In this document: positions 1-9,705 of the stretch, piece after piece | Numbering within the stretch: position 1 is the stretch's first letter | How the letters are laid out: each line of letters opens with the position of its first letter | Assembly (NCBI GenBank): GCA_002269645.1 | Contig: NIVC01001798.1 | Coordinates: 1-64,000, forward strand | Reading direction: 5' to 3' | DNA length: 64,000 nucleotides | From: Macrostomum lignano | Lineage: Eukaryota | The notes under the pieces: generated by a model | Told to the model about the DNA's origin: nothing | The model's database searches: none | What the model saw: only the letters and a program-made list of their open reading frames with translations | Program-made: the position numbers and the translations under genes

Positions 1-273
1 CCCCTAAAAGAAACTGGCGCCCTCCTAAAAGAAACTGGCGCCGCCCCCTAAAAGAAACTGGCGGCCCCCCCCTAAAAGAAACTGGCGCCCCCCCCTTAAA
101 GAAACTGGCGCCCCCCCTCTAAAAGAAACTGGCGCCCCCCCCTCTAAAAGAAACTGGGCCCCCCCTAAAAGAAACTGGCGCCCCTCCCTAAAAGAAACTG
201 GCGCCCCCTATAAGAAGCTGGCGCCCCCTAACTCAAGCCCCCCCCCCAATCAAAATTCCTGGCTACGCCCCTG
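1..273. mobile_element. Right end of a hAT-like non-autonomous element filled with a ~22-27-bp tandem repeat (CCCCCTAAAAGAAACTGGCG)
   Basis: Ends in AAATTCCTGGCTACGCCCCTG (253-273), identical to the right terminus of the complete MITE at 2979-3160. The left end lies outside the window. Confidence 0.7.
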
Positions 274-665
274 AAAATGAGGCGGTGGGTTGAGGGAGGC
301 TTGTTGCTGTGCAGTAATGAGCTCTGCGGAGAGCGGAATCGCTAGATAAAATGAGGTGGTGGGTAGAGGTAGGCTTGTGTATGTACACTGATGAACTCTG
401 CGGAGTCGGAATCGCTGGATAAAATGGGGTGGTGGGTAGAGGTAGGCTTGTGTATGTACACTGATGAACTCTGCGGAGTCGGAATCGCTGGATAAAATGA
501 GGTGGTGGGTAGAGGTAGGCTTGTGTATGTACACTGATGAACTCTGCGGAGTCGGAATCGCTGGATAAAATGGGGTGGTGGGTAGAGGTAGGCTTGTGTA
601 TGTACACTGATGAACTCTGCGGAGTGGGAATCGCTGGATAAAATGGGGTGGTGAGTAGAGGGAGG
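274..665. repeat. 73-bp tandem repeat, about 5 copies
   Basis: ATGAACTCTGCGGAG recurs at 391, 464 and 537 (period 73). Confidence 0.9.
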
Positions 666-1664
666 CTTGTTGGTGTTCTCATTGCTCTCAATAAAATTGG
701 CTTATTTTTGTGTTGTATGTTGTTTTAAAAATGAAATGGCAATCTATGATTTACTCAGATCATCGTTTTACTTGATTTTTATATATGATGCAACTCAAGT
801 TTTCTTATTTGCTCTCAGTAATCGCATCTTGTCAATCTACAGCGTGAAGCTTATCCCGCGCTTGGAATGAAAATTGGAAGATAATTAAGCATCATAATTA
901 TCGTAATTAAGCATCGTAAAGTACTCTTATTGCTTGTTATTATAATAAATCTCGATTGTTGTAGACTGTATAGCTACGAGCATAAGTTAAATGTCCAAAA
1001 TACGCTCGTAAACTTTCATATTCATTAAAATCTAATTGACTACTTCCGATGTTGATGATAAGTATTTTTCTTTACTTTATGGTCTTACCTTATAATAATT
1101 GATTACACCTGCCCTAATTGGCAGATGTGCAACCGACAGCTCAGCCGCAGCTATCGCGCGGCGCATCTGAAGGCTGCGTACGGCTGTTCAGTCCAACTTT
1201 AGTATATTTCTATTGGTACTTGTGTATATGGTTCTATTCTAATAATTTTAGTCAATCATTGACACATGGTCAAGCCCAAGGACAACTTAATAACTCAGGA
1301 CCGGAAACGAGCCAATTCATGGCGAAAAAAGTATGAGGCTCTTGAAGCATTGTTCTATGGCCCATCCGAATGCGCATGCTTTCAGTTGCCAATGTATACT
1401 TGTATCATATTTGACTTTTTGATAGGCAGTCAGAAGGCGGGTGCAGGGTCGGTTTTCTTAAATGTTGAATAGTTTTATTACATAAAGTAACCGTCGTGAA
1501 AATGCACAATGGGAAAGCTGTACATGCAGCACATTTATAAGAAAACTCGAGAAAAATTTACGATTCTTTCTTCATCTGAACTACAAACAGAGAGGAAAAT
1601 AACAGTCACAGAATTGGACAAGAGCTGACCATGATAAATAGTGAAGTGTTTGCTCCAGGTTCGC

Positions 1665-4510
1665 TCACTGTCCACTCAGCTTCAGTATTTTTCTATCGTG
1701 CACTTTATCCGGTGAAGGAGCGCTCTTTGCTCCTCGTTGAACATAACCATTGAAGAAACAGTTGGTGAGGCGCACGCAGCATCCCAGAACATCTGCTTCA
1801 GGGAAGTAAAACTCGACAACGGCAGCAAACAATTTGCGCACTCGCAAAGCACATAACGGTGATCGCAGCGAAATGAAGCATCCGAAACAAAGGCAAGCAA
1901 AATTGAACAGCCACTTTGGCGGGTGCTTCAACTTTCCCCGGGAAATCATTTCAGTGAATTCACCGAGTGCGGTGTTTAAATTTTCGGCAGGATCATCACC
2001 GGCAATTTTCTCCTTAAACGTTATGTAGCCTGAAATGTTATTATTATGCCTCAGTTGTCCTTCGCCTCAGCAATCGTTATTTCCATCCAAGTTCAAGTAC
2101 GAGCTAACACAAATGCATGCCTTACCTGCAATATCATAAACAGATGCCTTTTCGGCCATTGATAGGCTCTCAGCTTTGACGTAGCAGTCATCGAGCGTCG
2201 AAAGTTCTTCGTCTGAAAGGGGCGTGTCGCAGCAAAGTCCTTTGTTGTGCACGAATCCATCCAGCTCTAACACTGTGTAGAGTTTCATTCGTCGGAGTCG
2301 AGCGCTGAGAAGAACTTGCTCTACTGAGATAAAGTAATTGCCTCCGCTCATTTGGCGATAAACACCAAATTCTGCTTCCAGAGGATCACTGTGCAACTCC
2401 GCTATGAGAATGTACGTTGCACCAGATTCGCAGAGCAGTCGTTCGCATAGTTCTATGATTGCATGAATAGTGTAAGCTAATGACCTCTTCGTCTCTGACG
2501 TCAGAGATTGGTGTCTTGTTCTTCCCTTTCCACTGCGCATCTCCTCAATCGATTCGCAAAGCGCGCGCAGGAACTTGATGTTTGGATCTTGAACTGAATA
2601 GACAGCCCGTCTGTCTGGGTCATTAAGTCTAACATGAAGATGCGGGTTCTTGCAGTTCACAATTTTCCAGAATTTTGAAATAACGTCAATGAATGCAGCT
2701 GTTCCATTCTTCCCGTCGCATTTTAGGGTGGCAGCAACATTGTCGCAGAAAACTTGAAGAGCTAAATTGACTTTAGTCTTTTGGACATTCGTTGGGAAAC
2801 ACGCTTCGTATGTAATGCCTGTACGCTTAACAATGTGATTTGCTTCAGATTTATACAGTTCTACAATGTGTGACCACTTAGCCGTGACGACTGTTGTAGA
2901 CTTGGGCAAACGAATGGTTAGCATTCCATCAGACTCAGACTGCCAATTGTTCCGAATTGACTTCAGAAGGTGTACAACCAGTGGCGTAGGGAGGGGGGGA
3001 TCAGGGGGGATGTATCCCCCCGAAGAGCCTGACCAAAACTTTTTTGTTGCACTTTTTCGCTATACATGCTACCATGTGAGCACTTTTACCTTGGTGTATC
3101 CCCCCGTAGGAAATTCACCTTGGTGTATCCCCCCGTAGGAAATTCCTGGCTACGCCCCTGTGTACAACATCATGGAGCAAAAAGAAAGTAGACTCCTGTG
3201 ATTCAGATTTGCCGATCCAAGGTTTTGTCTGTTGAGCAGCAAACATCGAGAAGCACTTTCTGTTTGTGGGATGGTTGTCACACACAAGCGCTACATGTTG
3301 ATTGACGAGTTGAATGCACTTTCGAAGCTGATGGTACAAAAAGTCGGCGGAAAGAAGAAAAATCGATATCAGCCTTGACAAATGCGACCTTTACGATCTC
3401 GTGTGCATCATTTTCAGTGCCAATCTCTCCTAGACCAGCCAACTGAGTGCGTAATGTGCGTTGGCAAAGGAAGGAGCGTCTGTGCATGCGCGTATGCAGA
3501 ACTGCTAATCAGGTAAAGCAAAGCAGATTGGCGCATAGTGGCAATGTCGTATCGTCGATTGTTTGGGTGCGTTGTGGCGAACTCGAGTAGCTTCAGGATG
3601 AATGTAACTGATGTGTCCGGTACAACTCCATCGTGGTTAAAGGCAATAGAAAGGTTCTTAGATAATGCCCTCACCTCACTTTCGACGTCCACTGTAGAGT
3701 TTTTACAACGATTTATGATAGCTTCAAGTTGCGACCAATACTTTAATGTTGGTTGACATCCAAGCAGATCTCGAACCGCAACTGGTGAGTGTAACCGAAA
3801 GCATCGCACGGAATAGTTTGGTGAAACGAAAACCCGCAGAACCATTTCGGCATTGGCGCTTAACGAGAAGATAAACACCTCCTCTTGAACAATGGTAACA
3901 ATAAGCTGATGTGCTTTGATGACGTCTGAACAGTGAATGGATGCTCGGAATTCAGTCCACGATGGCAGCGTGTCCCGCTCTCGAAATTCTACTAGTTCAT
4001 CTTGGAAAAGGCATCGTTCGGACAGCAGCACGCCCCTTTCCTCAGCCTGTCGACTGGCACGCACTGCAATATCCAAGCACGCTTCTTAGTGTTTCGTTTC
4101 GACCCTATTTGATGGAGTGCAAATATTTGAGCAGTAGAACTTCACAAACCTTGTGTTTGAACGAGGCAGGACTGCGGGACTCCGTCGAAAACTGATGGTG
4201 GATGTAGCGGCCTTTCATTTCTTCCCTTTTTTATCATTGGTGCATCTTGAGGCCAGTGCTTAGCACACACGCCCATGTAGTCTGTCACGGTCTAAACAAC
4301 AACAAAATTGCTAATGAATTAATGTGGCCAGGCTAAATCTGATTCACAAAGCACATTTGAAGAAAGTCTTACCGTCAGTTGATTAGGCAGAGACAGTCGC
4401 CAAGCCTCTCGTTCAGTTGCATCTTTAGGAAACAAAAATACTGCAACATTCCGATCACGGTTACTATTGTAGTTTGCACAACAGAAAATGACGCTGCATT
4501 TTCTCGGCAT
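1665..4510 (-). pseudogene. Spliced THAP-domain P-type (THAP9-like) transposase, disrupted
   Basis: Exon 4510-4373 (MPRKCSVIFCCANY..FLFPKD..W) splices to 4291 (..VCAKHW..PSVF), completing the C2CH THAP finger. Further motifs: LPLP..TLR, VCDNHPTNRKCF, HDVVH/LLKSIRNNW, SDPLEAEFGVYRQMSGG, DIAG/YI across intron 2125-2030, SRGKLKHP. Frameshifts near 4078, 3460 and 3350, plus a MITE insertion. Confidence 0.85.
2979..3160. mobile_element. hAT-like MITE (182 bp) inserted in the P transposase
   Basis: TIRs CAGTGGCGTAG / CTACGCCCCTG (10/11 match). Exact 8-bp TSD TGTACAAC at 2971-2978 and 3161-3168. Internal ~30-bp direct duplication. Confidence 0.9.
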
Positions 4511-4832
4511 GATATTTAGTTTCAGCAAGAATAAAAGTTCTCTCTCTCAATTGCAAGTGCATGCGAAGAACTCGATCAATTTTCAGCTCAGATTTCTTCG
4601 CTTTCGTAGCACACGGATGGGCCATAGAACAATGCTTTTAAACGAGCCTCATACTTGTTTCGCCATGAATTGGCTCGTTTCCGGTCCTGAGTTATTAAGT
4701 TGTCCTTGGTCAAGCCTTCAAAAATGGCTCTCACTATCGGTTGTCTATGGCCAAAAAGCCATCTTTCACCAATAACGCGACCGTGCGGTAAATTCCAGCC
4801 ACTGTGTGGCAAATTCCCGCACGAATTCAAAC

Positions 4833-4973
4833 CAAGGACTACTTAAAAACTCAGGACGTTACACTCGCGAATGATAGAAATTCTAGAAACGGGCGCTTGC
4901 TTTAGCTGTGTCTATGGCAATGAAGCCTTTTCACTAACATTCTTTCATATCCTGAGTTGTTAAGTAGTCCTTG
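4833..4973. mobile_element. P-type MITE (141 bp)
   Basis: 24-bp TIRs CAAGGACTACTTAA(A/C)AACTCAGGA, related to the TIR of the large element. Exact 8-bp TSD ATTCAAAC at 4825-4832 and 4974-4981. Confidence 0.92.
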
Positions 4974-5176
4974 ATTCAAACTTTGAAATTTATTTCAAAC
5001 AAATCTTAAACAATAAAACAAGCACAGACAGTGGTCAGATAACAAAACAAAGCAGTTTTTATTGCAAAAACTAGTGCACCAGGATGATACTTAGTGTAAC
5101 AAACCTGACAGACGTGGCGTCGTTCAGATCTTGCTAAATGTGCAGTTACTGACTGGTCTGTGGAAATTGAAAACAA

Positions 5177-5819
5177 CTAAGTTGGATATGCAGACACAAA
5201 CTTCCGAAAGAGGCCCAAGTAGAGAATTTCTTGTTGCTTTGTCCCTTCAACACAGTTGGTCTTCTCGAATTCATGCAAATCCTGGTCCAACTCCGTCAGT
5301 GCAGCTTCTTCCTGGCCAGGTCCATCAATCTCCCATAACAATTCGAAGAGTCTGTTGCTTGCCTCGTCGAGATAATCGTCATCGTCATCACCAAACACCC
5401 CGTTGCTCATCAACCAGCGCCATCACTCCATGCCAGTCCAAAGTCTGGTCTATCTCCGTAGCCGTAAGACCCGAAATCATTTCATCTCGAAATTTAGAGA
5501 GGTCAATAAGTCTAGCGGTTCGAGACATTTTCGGCTCCTGTCTTTCTTGTCTAGTCTCGTCTTTCTGGTCCAACTCAAACTTTAAGTCACCGCTCTTATA
5601 ATCTCTTAGTTTGTGGTAAAACTCCAGCTTCGTGTGAAAACCCTCGATGTCTATGGCTATCCATCTATGTCTATGGCTATCCATATATGTCTATGGCTAT
5701 CCATCTATGTCTATGGCTATCCATCTATGTCTATGGCTATCCATCTATGTCTATGGCTATCCATCTATGTCTATGGCTAAAATCAGGAGATCGAAGGCTT
5801 CGCCCATAAATCTAGGAAT
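5177..5819 (-). pseudogene. Disrupted coding fragment of an unknown acidic helical protein
   Basis: Protein-like frame IPRFMGEAFDLLILAIDI / EGFHTKLEFYHKLRDY..DEQR is interrupted by a 120-bp tandem expansion. After a frameshift near 5400 it continues as GDDDDDYLDEASNRLFELLWEID..AYPT*. Confidence 0.45.
5647..5778. repeat. 20-bp tandem repeat (ATGTCTATGGCTATCCATCT) x6
   Basis: ATGTCTATGGCT at 5647, 5667, 5687, 5707, 5727, 5747 and 5767. Confidence 0.95.
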
Positions 5820-6339
5820 CTACCGATTGGTTCCTTCATGCGTAAATAGGCTAGTCCTGGCAAGAGTGCGCGTCTAAGCGATAGATAAATCTACCATTGT
5901 CTGCCTTTAAAACGATGGACAAAATCATTAACACACAAACTGGCTAAAGGTTTCTGCTTCATATTACCCGGCGCACTATAGAGTACATGTACACCTGACA
6001 GAGCTTGGGTTAGGCATGGTAACTCAGCTGGGGTGATTGAGGGCAAATTCTTTGCACTACAGACCTGACACGCAGGCTTTCTCTCCGTTGACTGTCAGAA
6101 TTGAATGGCTGTGTTTGAATTTTGGTATTGTACGCTCAACTCAAAGCAGCCGGTGAGACTGAGTACAATGCTATCTAACATTGTATTGGGACGATCGGTT
6201 GAATCTATAAATGCAAAAACTGTCCGGGAATTAGCTTTGTGATTGTTACAACTCTGCCTACCAACCCTAGCTATCCAGAACTATAGGTACCATCAATGCA
6301 GAGTGCAATGTTGACATACATCTACGAGAAACTACTGGC

Positions 6340-6625
6340 AAATTGTCAAATTCATCTAAACCGGAAGAGTCTTCTACATGCACTGCTGCTGGAGGTACAA
6401 TAGCTGCATTACTGCTATTGTACCTCTGGTTTGGTGACTACAATTAACTCGAGTAGCATGCGATGCACTCTCCAGAGATTCTTTGCCGCAGGTGGCTCAG
6501 TCAAACCAGACGCCCGCGGAGCTTACGGCACCTGTCAGCAATCAGGAAAATCCACCTCGTTGAGTTTGAGCCGCTGGTGCCGTCGAATTTATACCTAAAC
6601 TCTGAAATCTATCCGGCATCACATC
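6340..6625 (+). pseudogene. Decayed partial duplicate of the 5' part of the neighbouring PHM gene
   Basis: CCAGACGCCCG..GGAGCTTAC, GTCAGCAATCAGG, GAGTTTGAGCCGCTGGTGCC and CATCACAT match 7860-8010. NRKSLL..LLLLYLW echoes NRISLL..LLLAHLW. Contains stops, indels and an internal deletion. Confidence 0.8.
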
Positions 6626-6860
6626 CCGCCCTCCGCAGGGCCCTGCTTCTACTCAACCTCAAGGACATCAGGACGGTAACCATGGCCCTCTCGGATCATG
6701 GCTGTTTTGCCAGGCATCGCTACCTAATTGAGCATTGAGAATTCTGGCTCTCCTGCGTTGAGAATGCGGAATGTCTTGCCTTTACTCAGGAGAGTCACCT
6801 ACCTCGGCCCAAAACCGGACCTTCCGACGTTTTTAAGCCCGAGAATCTCTGCCAGCTCGT
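6626..6860 (+). mobile_element. Probable decayed 3' fragment of a non-LTR retrotransposon ORF2 (I/LOA/R1-like C-terminal region)
   Basis: LRRALLLLNLKDIRTVTMALSDHGCFARHRYLI followed by ECL...RVTYLG resembles the LTGHG-x-F-xx-H ... CPA..R..LG region around the CCHC knuckle. Judged by motif memory only; broken by stops and frameshifts. Confidence 0.35.
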
Positions 6861-7624
6861 CCGCAACCAAAGGGCTACCAGGCGAACGACCATCCACATC
6901 CTGGACTCTCCGGAGGGGGCAGTCAGAGCGCCGCGCGGGCACCGGCACCACCGGATCTCCGTCCCTGCGTAACACCGCAGCACTAGCCTCGACGCCTTCC
7001 CGCTGTATCCGGAACCCCCTGCAGCTGAGTCAAGTACATGTAAGTCTCTTGACGTGCGTAAGAAGTCTCGCGTACTCGAGTAGTCGAGTTTAAGCTGTTC
7101 ATAGTCGTTAAATTGGTAAGCTGTTGTACGTAACATGCACGAAAAATTGTAGCTTGGTAACTTTGTGTAAAGCAATCGAAATGCATCAACTACTAACATA
7201 TATTTCAACTACTCGTATTAGCAGTCTCGATAAGAAAATGTAAACCCTTTCATCAGTGTGCATTCCTCCTTTACATAACCCACCCCACGCCACTGCCACC
7301 CCACTTCACTTTGAGAGAGGTTTATTTTGGGGGCGTCCGATACAGGGTTGATGCTCTTGCAGACTCAAACAAAGCATTTTGGCTCCATCTCCCCAGAAGC
7401 GCTAAAATAGACCAAGTCAATAGAAATGTACAGTGGCAAGCATTAGACCTACTGCTTTTGATGCAGCGCCAATTCCTAGGGCTGCTATTTAATGGCAAGC
7501 GCGAATTTTGCTCTGAAGGGGTGCACGTACACTGAGGGATGAGATTATTAGGAGTACTAGCCTGCAAAATGAATCGTGCATGAAAGCTGTTTGCATCTAG
7601 GTTCTGCTCTGAGAAGACAAATAT

Positions 7625-8991
7625 ATGTCTGTAAAAGACAGCTCTATGGAGCGAACAAACGTCGAGGTCAGCAAGATGAAGTCCATCTGCCGAAGACTAT
7701 TTTGCATGCGCTTCTCGTCCAGTGGGCGACTGCAGTTCAACAGGATCAGTCTGTTGGCTCTGGTTGCGTATCTTCTGCTTGTGCAACTACTCTTGGCGCA
7801 CCTTTGGCGAAGCACTTATAAGATACACTCCATGGAGATTCGCTTGCCGCAGGCGGCTCTGTCGAGCCAGACGCCCGGAGCTTACTTGTGCACCGCTATC
7901 AGCCTCCGAGACCCGAGGAACGCGTCAGCAATCAGGCCAATCTACATCGTCGAGTTCGAGCCGCTGGTGCCACCGAATCCAACAAACTCCGAGATCCATG
8001 TGCATCACATGCTACTCGCCGAATGCAACGAGCTACCAGAAGGTGTCGGCGTCAATGGGCACGGCTGGTGGAACTGCGGTCTGGGACACCACAAAGACAG
8101 CGCCAAATCCGCGAACAGCAGCAAAGAGATGTGCTCGGTACGGCAGCGGTACCTGTTCGCCTATTCGAACAGTGCGGAAGCGTTCCGGCTACCGCGGAAG
8201 GTCGCGATGCCCGTGGGAGACTCTCGTTTCTACGGCGGAGCGCACCTGGTGCTGCAGGTACGAAGATCTACATATTTTGTGTGTCTCATAATAAGTACAA
8301 GCAAATGTCTCGTACTGACAACTAATTATGCGTAACTGACAACCAGGTGCACTACTCTAGTGGAAACCAACGGTTGCACGTCCATCCAAATCAGCATCAC
8401 TCCCCTGCAGTTGGAGACCGCAGGCCCGGTCTCCGTCTCCGCTACCTGAATGAGACGGGAAATCATTACCGAGTGGCCGGAGTCCACCTGTCTTCAACGT
8501 CGATCAGACCCGACGTCCGCTCTCGACACACCACCGGCTGTGAGTACACTGGCGAACTGCCGATAAGACCATTTGGTCTTCGGGTGCACACTCACTCGCT
8601 GGGCAGGCTGGTCTCCGTGTACAGAGTGCGTCGGCCCCGGCTGCCCCAGGACCCGATGGTTTGGCACCTCATCGGCCAGGCCGACCCGCGCCAACCGCAG
8701 GCCTACTATTCCGCAAATGCGAGCAGCGACCTGACAGTGAAGCCAGGCGATCTCATTGCGACAGCGTGCGCCACTACAGGCGGCAGAGGTGGCAGGTCCG
8801 CCCCAGTTGAGACGTGCAACGCCTGGCTCATTTTCTGGTTTGAGCAGTTGGATGCATTGTCGAAAGTGACTGGGCCGGATGGCCACGAGGGCAAAGTGGA
8901 TCTGCGACAAGACTGCATCAGTAGTGGCTCGGCGTTGAGCCTCTGGTCTGATGCGCCGAAATGGGTTGAGAAGCAGGCTTTTTTGGTGTAA
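7625..8991 (+). CDS. PHM: Peptidylglycine alpha-hydroxylating monooxygenase (monofunctional PHM, copper type II monooxygenase), 2 exons, up to 425 aa
   Basis: Exons 7625-8257 and 8347-8991 (phase 0, joining HLVLQ/VHY). N-terminal hydrophobic stretch, AYLC, VHHMLL, RVHTHSLG, PQAYY, GDLIATAC, ETCN; disulfide cysteines conserved. No PAL domain follows. Start codon uncertain. Confidence 0.9.
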
Positions 8992-9374
8992 TCAGTACTT
9001 ATAGTAATCACTTTTGGTGACTGTTTTATAAACTATTGAATGGAATTAAAGTTTGAATTAATGTTTGCTCATTACATTCGCAAGAAGTTTCAACAGTGAT
9101 AATCGCTTGCTAATTCTGGTTAAAAAACTTTTGTGCATCTTCAAGCTGTTAAAAGCTTATTTCATTCTTTAAATACGAGTATTCCTCCCAATTACACCCA
9201 TGATGATTATTTTAGTTTTGGCTAGAAATATTTACACGTTTGTATTGTATTCCTTTATATTCCAGCTTTTACTAGAATATGCAGGTGCTGCTGTCCTTTG
9301 CTTCTTCAGTAACGCTTAAATAATTGGGTTTTTGTTCTACGAGTTTGTATTTTACTTCAATGTGCAATTTTTAC

Positions 9375-9705
9375 GATGCTGTCAGATCCCCATAGAATGT
9401 CTGTAGTGACTGCCAAATCCCATAGGATGTCTGTAGTGATCGTCAGATTTTATGATTTCTGTCGTGACCGTCAGATCCCATAGAATGTCTGTACATGTAG
9501 TGACCGTCGGATCCCATATGATGTCTGTAGTGATTTTCAGATCCCATAGAATGTCTGTACATGTAGTGACCGTCGGATCCCATATGATGTCTGTAGTGAT
9601 TTTCAGATCCCATAGAATGTCTGTAGTGACTGTCAGATCCCATATAATGTCTGTAGTGACTGTCAGATCCCATAGAATATCTAGTGACTGTCAGATCCCC
9701 ATAGT
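9375..9705. repeat. ~30-36-bp minisatellite (CAGATCCCATAGAATGTCTGTAGTGACTGT)
   Basis: About 10 degenerate copies visible. Confidence 0.9.

Larger units (their letters stand above)
1277..4708 (-). mobile_element. P-element-superfamily DNA transposon, boundary-complete but coding-disrupted
   Basis: TIRs 1277-1368 and 4614-4708 begin CAAGGACAACTTAATAACTCAGGACC and are nearly identical. Exact 8-bp TSD GTCAAGCC at 1269-1276 and 4709-4716. Encloses a THAP-domain transposase. Confidence 0.93.
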
